Positions 19,160 to 28,764 of a stretch of DNA of 64,000 nt are shown here, piece by piece. The stretch lies in contig JBEKTQ010000014.1 of NCBI GenBank assembly GCA_049515895.1, positions 20,943 through 84,942 of the forward strand, read 5' to 3'. Below the pieces are notes generated by a model. That model had not been told where the DNA came from. It did no database searches and saw only the letters and a program-made list of their open reading frames with translations. The position numbers were made by a program, and so were the translations under genes. How positions within the stretch are numbered: the stretch's first letter is position 1; each line of letters begins with the position of its first letter. The DNA comes from Candidatus Bathyarchaeia archaeon. GTDB taxonomy: Archaea; Thermoproteota; Bathyarchaeia; Bathyarchaeales; Bathycorpusculaceae.

Positions 19160-20466
19160 TTTGTACATGTTGCGGTTTTGAAATTCAAGGTCAAACTCAC
19201 CAAATCGAAAATGGAGAAAAACAAGTTTGTGACAAATGTTGGAATAATCCTTCTTTCTTTTTTTCTGAAAAAGCAAAGACGGACACTCGTTTCAAACTGC
19301 TTTCCGAAATTGCTGTACAAAATCAAAACAGCCCAAAAACAATCGAAATAAGTGTTCTAAAATTATCTCAGAAAAACATTGATCTTTACATTGGAAAAAT
19401 GAAATCCAAGGATATATTGCAACTCTACGAAGTTGACAAGTTTAAAGATGAGGAACTTGAAGGCTATCAACGTGAACAATATGAAGAAAGGACATCAGAA
19501 CTAATAGAATACCTTACTGAATGTCCCATTGCCGTAATGCCAAGCCTCTTTGTCAGTCTGAGGAATGCGAAATTTGTAGCATCGAAAGACGATTTTGGTA
19601 TTCTCCGAATTCCAAAGGTCAGAGGTGCAATTTGGATAATCGACGGTCAACATAGAGTAGGAGGATTTGAAAAGCTTTATCAGAAGTTTACTTATCAGCG
19701 AAAACCAAATGAAATTTCGACCGAAACATTTGCAACACTCATGGATTATGAACTCCCAATAGTTTTCATAGATACGCAAAAAGCAGCAGTAAAAACGAAT
19801 ACCTTGAAAATGGGAAAAAGCGAAATAATGCCAGAAGACCTTGAGAGGGCAATATTTTTTGTTGTCAACAAGACTCAGAAAGGAATTAGCTCTTCGCTAA
19901 AAGATGCGTTACTTTACCGCCTGAATGTTAGCGGAATTGATGGAATTCCAGCTTTAAGAAAAGAAAAGTGGAGAATTCAAGCTGCACACGTTGGTATTTC
20001 TTTAAATCGAGAGCTTGATTCACCTCTTAAAGGTTTGATTAATATTGGTGGAAAAGCGGGAACAAGAAAGCCAATCCAGTTGAACTCTTTTGTTTCCTCC
20101 TTAGAACTGCTTTTCAACGACAAGAATTTTGCGAAATTGGAATATAACAAGCAAGTCCAGTTTTTAAAATTCTATTGGGAATCCCTGAGAAAAAATGTTC
20201 CTCAAGCATTCGATTTAGCATCTTGGAGAGATTATATGCTTCTAAAAGCTATTGGAGTTTATTGTGTTCATTGGCTTGCGTTAGATGTCTTCAACATCTG
20301 CTTAACGAACGAACAGCGTTTTGATGAGCAGGAGACTTTAGATAAAATTGTTAGCAAGATGAGTGATTTTGACTGGAAAACACAAACGTCGCTATTGTCA
20401 ACATTGGGCGGTCTCAAAGGTGCTAAGCGGGGCTACGAGAAAATCAAACTTTGTTTAACAACCTGA
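19156..20466 (+). CDS. DGQHR-domain (DndB/DpdB-like, ParB-superfamily) protein with N-terminal Zn finger
   Basis: GYQR, IIDGQHR, FFVVNKTQK; N-terminal CTCC...CDKC; ATGA overlap with the radical SAM gene. Confidence 0.85.
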   Translation: MICTCCGFEIQGQTHQIENGEKQVCDKCWNNPSFFFSEKAKTDTRFKLLSEIAVQNQNSPKTIEISVLKLSQKNIDLYIGKMKSKDILQLYEVDKFKDEELEGYQREQYEERTSELIEYLTECPIAVMPSLFVSLRNAKFVASKDDFGILRIPKVRGAIWIIDGQHRVGGFEKLYQKFTYQRKPNEISTETFATLMDYELPIVFIDTQKAAVKTNTLKMGKSEIMPEDLERAIFFVVNKTQKGISSSLKDALLYRLNVSGIDGIPALRKEKWRIQAAHVGISLNRELDSPLKGLINIGGKAGTRKPIQLNSFVSSLELLFNDKNFAKLEYNKQVQFLKFYWESLRKNVPQAFDLASWRDYMLLKAIGVYCVHWLALDVFNICLTNEQRFDEQETLDKIVSKMSDFDWKTQTSLLSTLGGLKGAKRGYEKIKLCLTT

Positions 20467-20569
20467 CAACCTAAAATCCTCTTTCTTTTCAGAAAACTGG
20501 TAACACATAATAGATGTTATATATCAAGTCTGCCAACTGTTAGACAACCGCGAGGTTACGACCTAAGAA

Positions 20570-22672
20570 ATGAGCCTGAAGGGTCTTTCTCTTAAGAAAT
20601 CTTACAATTCAGATACCGACAATATCCTTCAAGATTTCTACATTCGATCTCTTTCCGTTTCAATAGAATATAAAAGACTAACAGGTTTCTTCTCGTCAAC
20701 GACCCTCGCTTTAGCGGCAAAGGGGATGACTGCCTTTATTCGTAATGGCGGGACGATGAAACTGGTTACAGGTGCACGTTTTCAAGAAGCAGATATTCGA
20801 GCAATAAAAGAATCCCTTGAATCTCCTGAAGAAATTTTGAAAGAAGAAATGTTAAAAGAGCTTAACACTCTCGAAGACAAATTCATAAAGGATCATGTAC
20901 GTGCTTTAGGTTGGATGATTGTTAACAAGCGATTAAAAATAAAAGTTGCAATAGTCCTCTCAGATGATGGGTATCCTCTTGAGTCGAGAAAAGTGGAGAA
21001 ACAAGGTATATTCCATCAAAAAGTGGGAATATTGGAAGATTTTGAAGGAGATATGGTTTCTTTCAGCGGTTCAGACAACGAAAGTGCACACGGTTGGCAA
21101 AAAAACATTGAAGAATTCAAAGTTTTCAGAAGCTGGGAAACAGGTGAGTCGGAGTACTTTCAATCCGATTTGGAAAAATTCAATCGGTTCTGGGATGGAA
21201 ACGCTATCAGAACAAAAATCATCGACATCCCAAAAGCAATTGAGGAGAAGCTTATCCAAATTGCTCCTAAAAACTTTGAAGAATTAGACTTAGAGCAACC
21301 TGAAGTAGTTCAAAGTAACGTTGCTGAACCTAAACTTAGACCTTATCAAGTAAAGGCAGTCGGGGATTGGATAAACAATGGCTACTATGGAATTTTTGAA
21401 ATGGCTACAGGAACAGGCAAGACCTTCACCGCATTAGCATGCATGGATACACTGATGAAAAAAGAAAACAAAATAGTCACAGTAATCAGTGCACCTTACA
21501 ATCATCTATGCGAGCAATGGATAGCTGAAACTGACAAATTCGGCATCAAGACCGTTAAATTAGTCTGCGATTCCACTGAACCTCATTGGAAGGACAAACT
21601 AGTCGATAACCTGATTGACCTTGAAAATGGAGTGATTGAAAACCTGACGATTTACACTACTCATAACACATTTTCTTCAACGGATTTTACGGAAATAGTT
21701 AGAGAAAACAAGTTAGATAACGCTAATCTGAAGTTCTTTCTTATTGTCGATGAGGTGCATGGAATAGGAGCACCAATTAGGCGTAATGGGCTTATTGACG
21801 AATACGATTTTCGATTAGGACTCAGTGCTACTCCGAAAAGATGGTTTGATTACGAGGGAACTGATAGAATATTTGATTACTTTAAAGATGTAGTCTTTAG
21901 TTTTCCGTTGAAAGATGCCATTCAAGCTGGTTTTCTAACACCATATGTGTACAAACCATTTTTTGCATTTTTAACAGAAAAAGAAATGAAAAGTTATGAA
22001 GAGGAGACTCGTAAAGTCTCAAGAGCATATTATGCTTCGAGGAATGACGTTGAAAGAGACGAGGCTTATACTCTACTATGTATAAAACGACAACGTATCG
22101 TTCGAAATGCTGAAAACAAGCTGATTGAGTTCCAAAAAATATTGGATAAAATTGGTTCTTTGCAAAATTGCCTAATTTACAGTTCACCCCAGCAAATCAA
22201 GATTGTCCAAGAAACTTTAAACAAAAGAAATATCATTCAACACAAGTTCACACAGCAGGAAGGTACAAAACCTGAAAGTAAGTTTGAAGGACTTTCCGAG
22301 AGAGATTTTCTAATCAAAAGATTTTCAGAGGGGTTCTATCAGGCATTAGTCTCTATGAAGTGCCTTGATGAAGGAGTCGATGTACCTCCAGCTCGGGTTG
22401 CAATTATCTTAGATAACTCAGGTAATCCACGAGAGTACATTCAACGAAGAGGGCGAGTCTTGCGTCTTTTTCCTGGAAAGTCAATAGCTACAATTTACGA
22501 TATAATTGTTGAGCCGAGATTAAATAACGCAACCCCAATTGAACTTAAGGAACTTGAAAAAAAGATAGTTTTAAAAGAACTTCAGAGATACAGAGACTTC
22601 GCTGAATCCTCCAATAATGTTGACGAATGCTTGAGGACGTTAAATGAAATAGAAGCAGCATATGGCATTTGA
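20570..22672 (+). CDS. pbeA: PLD(HKD)-nuclease + SF2 helicase, PbeA-like
   Basis: FHQKVG...FSGSDNES PLD-like motif; MATGTGKT, DEVH, LSATP, LDEGVDVP, IQRRGRVLR. Confidence 0.75.
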   Translation: MSLKGLSLKKSYNSDTDNILQDFYIRSLSVSIEYKRLTGFFSSTTLALAAKGMTAFIRNGGTMKLVTGARFQEADIRAIKESLESPEEILKEEMLKELNTLEDKFIKDHVRALGWMIVNKRLKIKVAIVLSDDGYPLESRKVEKQGIFHQKVGILEDFEGDMVSFSGSDNESAHGWQKNIEEFKVFRSWETGESEYFQSDLEKFNRFWDGNAIRTKIIDIPKAIEEKLIQIAPKNFEELDLEQPEVVQSNVAEPKLRPYQVKAVGDWINNGYYGIFEMATGTGKTFTALACMDTLMKKENKIVTVISAPYNHLCEQWIAETDKFGIKTVKLVCDSTEPHWKDKLVDNLIDLENGVIENLTIYTTHNTFSSTDFTEIVRENKLDNANLKFFLIVDEVHGIGAPIRRNGLIDEYDFRLGLSATPKRWFDYEGTDRIFDYFKDVVFSFPLKDAIQAGFLTPYVYKPFFAFLTEKEMKSYEEETRKVSRAYYASRNDVERDEAYTLLCIKRQRIVRNAENKLIEFQKILDKIGSLQNCLIYSSPQQIKIVQETLNKRNIIQHKFTQQEGTKPESKFEGLSERDFLIKRFSEGFYQALVSMKCLDEGVDVPPARVAIILDNSGNPREYIQRRGRVLRLFPGKSIATIYDIIVEPRLNNATPIELKELEKKIVLKELQRYRDFAESSNNVDECLRTLNEIEAAYGI

Positions 22673-22687
22673 TAAGAGAGAGAGAAA

Positions 22688-22885
22688 ATGTCGTCAGTAA
22701 ATAGAAAGATAATAAACCAAATTGAAAATAGCGACTACACGCCTGAAATCAAAGAACTGCTAAACTCCTTACTACAAATAGAAGCCAGAATCGCCGAAGA
22801 CAAGAAACCTCACTATTCGGAAGATTATGACAGAGTGATAAAAAACCTTGCCAAGAAACGAGGGTATCGGGAGGATGAAGAGTGA
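22688..22885 (+). CDS. pbeB: Small helical protein, PbeB-like
   Basis: 65 aa; assigned by position between helicase and ATPase, coupled to the next gene. Confidence 0.55.
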   Translation: MSSVNRKIINQIENSDYTPEIKELLNSLLQIEARIAEDKKPHYSEDYDRVIKNLAKKRGYREDEE

Positions 22886-24870
22886 ATCTCGACTATCTTC
22901 AAATGAAAAATTTCCGACAATATCAGGACGCTCGAATAGAGTTCTCTCAATCTCCAACAAGAAATTTCACAATTATTCAAGGGGTAATGGGGGCTGGAAA
23001 AACTAACATTCTAAATGCTGTAACTTGGTGTCTCTTTGGAGACGAGAAACACATTGATAAGAAATACAAAGGGCTTCCAATTGTTAATACTTCAGCCCTT
23101 TCAAAATGCGAGGGAAAAGTTTGCGAAGTCAAAGTTGAACTGCAAATTATTCAGAGCGATGGAAAGCGAATTAGAGTAACCAGATGTGAGAATTGGAGAG
23201 AGCAAAACAGTAACTTATCAAAAATTAGTATGCAACATGACTTTTCTATAATGAGAGAAACTGGAAGGGATTGGGTTGGACCAATTTATGGGGATGATGC
23301 GCAATATATCGTTGATAGCCTAATTCCTCCTTCGATTGAGGAATACTTCTTTTTTGACGGCGAACGAATGAATGATTACTTCAGGGAAAATACTGGTAAG
23401 GACATCAAAAGTGCAGTTTTTAAAATTTCTCAATTAGAACTTTGCGAATCGCTAATTTCACACCTATCGGCAAGAAGAAGTGAGTATCTAAGACTATCAA
23501 GAGGACTAAGCTCGAAAGCAAATGATATTAAAATGATTGTTGAAACCCTCGAGAAGTCGCAAGAATCAGACAAAGAACGTTTGAAAGAACTATTGAGAGA
23601 TCAAGCAGAAGCACAACGAATAGAAAAAGAATACAGTGATAAGCTACGAAATTCATCGCTTGAAAGAATTGAGAGCTTAGAAGAACGCCGAGTTGGTTTG
23701 GAAGACGATTTAGAGCGTATCGCTGATGACATCGAGGAACTAGAAAAAGAGAAAGTGCAATTCCTTCATAAGAATATGCCAATAATCTTTGCTTTTGATG
23801 CCCTTACAAAAACTAAATCGCTGATAGAAGGGCGAAAAGAAGCTGGAATGATACCTCCGCCAGTTAAGACAGTTTTTATCGACAGCTTACTTAAAAAAGG
23901 AAAATGCATTTGCGGAAGTGACATAACCGCCAAAGACGAGCTTTCTTGCACAAGAAGAAAAAGAGTTGAGGCTTTTCTAAGGCAAAGTGAATTGTCGGAA
24001 ATGAGCAATGACCTAATCAACTGCAATGTTCAGATTCAAGCTATGATTGACCAAGTCAAAGTTTTTCCAGATACTTCAGTACAGTTAGGTAAAAGATTAA
24101 GAGAACTCCAAACACTTAAGGACACAAAAAACACGGACGTTGAAAAAATAAAGGTAGAAATTTCGCAAAGCAATGCGGAGAATATTAAAGAATGGGGAAA
24201 AGAAAGAGACAAATATAATGAGAAAAAAATCAAAATAGGAAATGAAGCGGCCATTCTCAATAGTACCATTGGCAGACGTGACAACATAATTAGAGCAAGA
24301 ACGAGTGAATTTACAAGGGAACTGAAGAAAGAGGCAAGGCACAACTCCCTTGTTAGTCTAATGACTTTTTGTGAAGAAGGAATACATGCCGCACAAGAAG
24401 TCAGAGATGCTATTATGAAAAATGTCAAAGATGAGATATGTAAGAAAACAAGTGAGCAATTTCTCTCACTGATTTGGAAAAAAGGAACCTACAATGGCGT
24501 TGTAATTGATGATGACTACAATATCTCAGTGCCCCATGTCTCTGGGCGAGAAGGGCTGGGAACACTTTCGGCTGGGGAACGGCAAGTTTGTGCCTTATCA
24601 TTCATGGCGGCGTTGAATAGCGTTTCTGGTTTTGACGTTCCAATCATAATAGACACACCTTTAGCAAGAATATCTAATGAACCGACAAGAAGCATTGCTG
24701 AGAATCTTCCTAATTATCTGCCTAACAAACAAGTTTCATTGCTAGTAACAGACAAGGAGTATACCCCTGAAGTAAAAGAAACCTTAAGCAAAGTAGTCGG
24801 TAAAACATACATAATAAATTTCATAGAAAAAGACTATGGTGGTTTATCGGAGCTGGTGTTTCAATCATGA
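22882..24870 (+). CDS. pbeC: SMC/Rad50-like ABC ATPase of the DndD/PbeC (CxC hook) clade
   Basis: NFRQY, GVMGAGKT (Walker A), YFFFDGE, coiled coil with CICG hook, LSAGERQ signature, IIDTPLAR (Walker B). Confidence 0.8.
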   Translation: MNLDYLQMKNFRQYQDARIEFSQSPTRNFTIIQGVMGAGKTNILNAVTWCLFGDEKHIDKKYKGLPIVNTSALSKCEGKVCEVKVELQIIQSDGKRIRVTRCENWREQNSNLSKISMQHDFSIMRETGRDWVGPIYGDDAQYIVDSLIPPSIEEYFFFDGERMNDYFRENTGKDIKSAVFKISQLELCESLISHLSARRSEYLRLSRGLSSKANDIKMIVETLEKSQESDKERLKELLRDQAEAQRIEKEYSDKLRNSSLERIESLEERRVGLEDDLERIADDIEELEKEKVQFLHKNMPIIFAFDALTKTKSLIEGRKEAGMIPPPVKTVFIDSLLKKGKCICGSDITAKDELSCTRRKRVEAFLRQSELSEMSNDLINCNVQIQAMIDQVKVFPDTSVQLGKRLRELQTLKDTKNTDVEKIKVEISQSNAENIKEWGKERDKYNEKKIKIGNEAAILNSTIGRRDNIIRARTSEFTRELKKEARHNSLVSLMTFCEEGIHAAQEVRDAIMKNVKDEICKKTSEQFLSLIWKKGTYNGVVIDDDYNISVPHVSGREGLGTLSAGERQVCALSFMAALNSVSGFDVPIIIDTPLARISNEPTRSIAENLPNYLPNKQVSLLVTDKEYTPEVKETLSKVVGKTYIINFIEKDYGGLSELVFQS

Positions 24871-25811
24871 GCGAAAGAAAAAAGCCAGACAGATTTTATG
24901 TGGAAAAGAAGGATAGAGAAGACTGGAATAGACTCAAAGACAAAGACAGCCCATTTGCAGGTGCTGACAATAAAGATGTTTTCATAGCTGCAATGATGAC
25001 AGGTTACTTTGAAAAAGCCGAATTTGAGCTTAAGACTAAAGACGGGTATTTCTTCGCAGACAATTTAAAGCCGCAGGAAGAGGCAATTGTAAAAGCTATT
25101 GCTGTTTCAAAAACTGGAAGTCTGAATGTTCTCCTTGACACTGAGAGAGTTTACGAAATTGCTGAGCAGTATGCCACAGGAGGACTAAAAATCCTCAAAA
25201 ACAAGGTCTTTAGCGGTGAATACGGGTCATACTCCAAAAAACTTGAAGCTGAATTACTCCGACAGTACACCAAGATTACCCAAAACGTACCTGCTCCTCC
25301 GACTGTTGATGAACTTGAAGGAATACCATTAATGGATCTAATTTTAGGAGGAGAAACAGACAAAGTAGAGCTCAAATCTTCATTCCTATGGGATTACCAA
25401 AAAAAGTCATACTCCAAAGAAGTCAAGATCGCTGTGGTTCGAGCAATTGCATCTTTCATGAATTCAGAAGGTGGCTTTTTGATTATTGGAGTGGACAATG
25501 ACCAAAATCCACTTGGATTAGAGCTTGACTGGACGCAATGTCAGAACAGTTTTGATGTGTGGAAGCAGACTCTTGCTAACGCTATAAACACTTACCTTGG
25601 AAGAATTAACAACATTCTTGTGACTAGCCGTAAAGAGAAATTTGAAGATAAAGACGTTGTAATACTGAGGATAAAGAAATCGCCACACCCTGTATATCTA
25701 ACCTACGAAGACAAAAAACAGGATTTCTTCATACGGGGAGATGGTACGTCTCAGCAATTGAGCATGAGCGATACAACTCAATATGTGCAGGAACATTGGA
25801 AAGATCAGTAG
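24867..25811 (+). CDS. pbeD: PbeD/DndE-like protein fused to an AlbA_2 (Schlafen-like) domain
   Basis: N-terminal NKDVFIAAM..GY...IAEQYATGGL..L; C-terminal ETDKVELKSS...IASFMNSEGGFLIIGVDND...FFIRGDG. Confidence 0.7.
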   Translation: MSERKKPDRFYVEKKDREDWNRLKDKDSPFAGADNKDVFIAAMMTGYFEKAEFELKTKDGYFFADNLKPQEEAIVKAIAVSKTGSLNVLLDTERVYEIAEQYATGGLKILKNKVFSGEYGSYSKKLEAELLRQYTKITQNVPAPPTVDELEGIPLMDLILGGETDKVELKSSFLWDYQKKSYSKEVKIAVVRAIASFMNSEGGFLIIGVDNDQNPLGLELDWTQCQNSFDVWKQTLANAINTYLGRINNILVTSRKEKFEDKDVVILRIKKSPHPVYLTYEDKKQDFFIRGDGTSQQLSMSDTTQYVQEHWKDQ

Positions 25812-25937
25812 CTGATCAAGTTGTTTATCGAGAATGAGCGATTCCCTTATTCTTATTCTTAAGACAAGGCTTGCTTAGCAGGGATAAAAGCTTAAAAACG
25901 CTTCAAGGTTAAAGGGAATAACTCTCGACAACTGGCT

Positions 25938-26663
25938 TTGATCTCCTTGAATAACTTCAAACCTGAAGACAAAGTGTTTCTAGCTGTCTTTGTTCTATTA
26001 TTTGGGATTGTAATTCTCAATATTGCCACTGGCTACTTGGGCTTTCTGTTCCAATCCCCTTCTGGAGTGACTTCACCATTTGCAATAATATCGAGTGCTT
26101 CAATATTGTTCTGCTTTATTCTCTGGGGATTTGTAAAATTGACCAGAAACCAACTCAGAGATAAAAAACTCGGAGTTAAGGGCATTTCAAGCCTAATGTA
26201 TGTTAAAACTGCGAAAATAATCGGTTTAAGAAAGCCATCGCTCCGCGGTTCAGTATTTATTATAGGTTGCCTGATTGTCGGTGTTTTTGTGAATCTGTTT
26301 ACTTTGTTGATTCTTGCGAGATTAGGTCTTGGTACACTTTACCGTGTAACTAACCCAACTCTTTACACTTATGTTTCAAACCTTGTAGTTCCACCTATTT
26401 TTGAAGAGTTCATCTACAGAGGGATTTACCTAGGAGTATTCTTGAAACTGTTCGGAAGCAGCCCAAAATTCGCAATTATTGGTCTTATAATGTCCTCCTT
26501 TACCTTTGCATGGATTCACCCTTCGGAACCATTTGTTAAGTTGGTTGGAGGTTTCTTATTAGGTTCTGTTTATTTGGTTCGTTGGAAGAAGAACATTGTC
26601 GCTTGTTCAGCAACGCATTTCGGGTTTAACTTGATTGGAACTTTCCTATTGTTAGTGATTTGA
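25938..26663 (+). CDS. CPBP/Abi (CAAX) intramembrane metalloprotease
   Basis: Multiple TM segments; PIFEEFIYRG, FAWIH, HFGFN. Confidence 0.85.
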   Translation: MISLNNFKPEDKVFLAVFVLLFGIVILNIATGYLGFLFQSPSGVTSPFAIISSASILFCFILWGFVKLTRNQLRDKKLGVKGISSLMYVKTAKIIGLRKPSLRGSVFIIGCLIVGVFVNLFTLLILARLGLGTLYRVTNPTLYTYVSNLVVPPIFEEFIYRGIYLGVFLKLFGSSPKFAIIGLIMSSFTFAWIHPSEPFVKLVGGFLLGSVYLVRWKKNIVACSATHFGFNLIGTFLLLVI

Positions 26664-26712
26664 ATTCATGCAGAGTTGTTTGGGTTCATGAGTTTAAGGT
26701 TGTAAAATAGCT

Positions 26713-27180
26713 TCACAAAGAAGAAAGAAGCGTATAAACAGTTAAGGCAATGATTATGGAATAGAGTGCAATAAACATTATCGGACACCATTTTTCAGTA
26801 GAAGCTAAACCTTTACGCTTTCCCGAATAGTTTCTTTCTTCAAATTTGAACACGCTTGCTGGCATCGATTGCTCAAGTTCATGAATTACTTTAAACTTAG
26901 CTGCGTTCAACTCTTTGTAAGATGCTATACTTTGAATCCAAACCACAGAGATTATTATTCCCATCACCGACAAAAGGATAAAGACAGCATGTTGATTAAT
27001 AATTGTTAGATATCCAGCTATACCCAAAACGATTGAGCTTAGAGTAAGATAGAACTTGTTTGATTCAAGCCTTTTTGAAGTCACATCAAGAGAGGTTTCC
27101 ACATAGAGTTTGTACTGTTCAAGCAAATGCTCCTGAAGGTGTTCTCCATAGTTTTTGTTTATGAGTTCATCGCTTGCCAA
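26713..27180 (-). CDS. Small 3-TM membrane effector (RipA/SLATT-like)
   Basis: EQYKLYVE...KRLESNKFY, two TM helices, W..SY.ELN.AKFKVIHELE..P, final TM helix. Confidence 0.65.
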   Translation of the reverse strand: MASDELINKNYGEHLQEHLLEQYKLYVETSLDVTSKRLESNKFYLTLSSIVLGIAGYLTIINQHAVFILLSVMGIIISVVWIQSIASYKELNAAKFKVIHELEQSMPASVFKFEERNYSGKRKGLASTEKWCPIMFIALYSIIIALTVYTLLSSL

Positions 27181-27660
27181 CTAGTCATTCTCCAACTCAT
27201 TCTGTATTGCGTTTAAGTCCCAATTTATGACCTTCGCATGGTTGTCTTTGCATGGTTGAGGAATCTTGTGGTTTTCATCTCGATAAATTCTAACGCAGAC
27301 AACCTTTTTGTTTAGTTCATAGGCTTTGTTGATTTCCCAATTAACTGCTTCTCTTTGGTGAGTTTCAGGTCCGACCATAACAATGACAACAGAAGTGCGA
27401 TTAATTCGATCAGTACATTGTGTTTTCCACTTTTCGTCGAAAGGTTCTTTGACAGAATAGTCTGTGAATTGAATGTCTGATTGTTCATCTTTGGCTTGCT
27501 GCCTCAACAGGTTGACTTGCGCTTCATCTTCAACATGAAAGCTAATGAAAACTCGGGGTTTAGGGGTTCTTTCGTTATGGTCAGCATAGTCGTCCAATGT
27601 TTTGCTTTTTCCTGATGAAGATACGTGTGATTTTCGGAAACCACGACCTCCTCCACCCAT
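27181..27660 (-). CDS. TIR-like domain protein (ThsB/DUF1863 type)
   Basis: RVFISF...DYSVKEPF...I..TSVVIVMVG.ET..REAVNWEI with the catalytic Glu. Confidence 0.85.
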   Translation of the reverse strand: MGGGGRGFRKSHVSSSGKSKTLDDYADHNERTPKPRVFISFHVEDEAQVNLLRQQAKDEQSDIQFTDYSVKEPFDEKWKTQCTDRINRTSVVIVMVGPETHQREAVNWEINKAYELNKKVVCVRIYRDENHKIPQPCKDNHAKVINWDLNAIQNELEND

Positions 27661-27661
27661 G

Positions 27662-28474
27662 TCAGTTCCCCTCCAGTAATGTCTTCTGTAGCCTCAAGTT
27701 CTTTATGTTGTTGCAAAGCTGCGCAAAGTTTTCTGTTATTACTTGTGCGTTGTAGCCCCCAGTGTATTTAGTCTGTTTTGTTCCAACAAATTTCCATCCA
27801 TTTAATGCAGCAACGAAATGGGCGGAAGTTACAAATCTATCAGCAAATGAATACTCTTGTAGCCTTTTTTGAGAACTGAATCCATACAAGATTAGTTTTT
27901 CAGCATTCTTACGTATTGCCAACGAAAGCGTTCTAGCTTGTCTAATCATTGACCGATTTCCATTCCTGAAGAAGTCGGATATGTGAAAAACGAATTCATC
28001 TATTCCATAAGACTTCAACTGTTTAAGGTGGTTTACCACTTGAGTTTCTGAACAGCCCTTGACTAAACCAATTGGTTTAACATTGGGAACGAGAGAAAGT
28101 AATTCTTCATTTTCCCTATGAATTCTTTTAAGCTCCTGTGAAGAAACAAGAAACTCACCATCATAGGTTTCACCGTCAACGGTTGTAAAGGAATCTGGAT
28201 GCAACGAGTTTATTGCTGTAGCATAGTTTGTAGGCTTAAGGTTTGCAATTAGCCCATCTTTCATTATTAATGAAAGAACAATCTGACCATTGAAATTCAA
28301 GAATTTGCGTAAGCCACCAGCAGACTCTATTTGCTTGAATGTTCCGTTAAACTGAAACGAGGTTTTGGAAATCAAGTCCTGAAATCGAACTACAACAAGG
28401 TCGAGAGGAACAACTTTGAGAACCCCAAAAGTTTCCTTTGTGTCGAGCCTAATTATAGGACTTAGTGTTACCAT
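27662..28474 (-). CDS. Divergent TGT/DpdA-like TIM-barrel protein
   Basis: FTTVD, PIGLVKG, LILYGFSS, ADRFVTSAHF..A..G echo TGT-fold motifs, but the D-S-F-D-S aspartate is not conserved. Confidence 0.45.
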   Translation of the reverse strand: MVTLSPIIRLDTKETFGVLKVVPLDLVVVRFQDLISKTSFQFNGTFKQIESAGGLRKFLNFNGQIVLSLIMKDGLIANLKPTNYATAINSLHPDSFTTVDGETYDGEFLVSSQELKRIHRENEELLSLVPNVKPIGLVKGCSETQVVNHLKQLKSYGIDEFVFHISDFFRNGNRSMIRQARTLSLAIRKNAEKLILYGFSSQKRLQEYSFADRFVTSAHFVAALNGWKFVGTKQTKYTGGYNAQVITENFAQLCNNIKNLRLQKTLLEGN

Positions 28475-28764
28475 TTTAAAGGAATAATAGAGTTTAGCGC
28501 ATACTTAGCTTTATTTGACATGTTTTTGATAAATGAATGATAATTGTGCTGCAAACGCTGGGCAGAGAGTGGAAAGCAGCCGATTTATCAGATTAAGCAT
28601 ATTTTTGGTAGACAAAGAGCATATTTGGTCGAAGACTCTGGTGGAAGTCTTCATTGTGGTTGCCTCACTATGTGGACAACACATTCCATTGTTACTCTGC
28701 TTTTTCTATTGGGAAGCCAAAACTTAAAACTGCTTCTTGCTTAATACCACTTTACGGTGTCTTT

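Noticed and set aside
22882-24870. ATPase as housekeeping Rad50/SMC, or as DndD of a phosphorothioation operon
   Set aside because: No Mre11/NurA/HerA or ScpAB neighbours and no dndC; context matches the helicase-small-ATPase-small Pbe order
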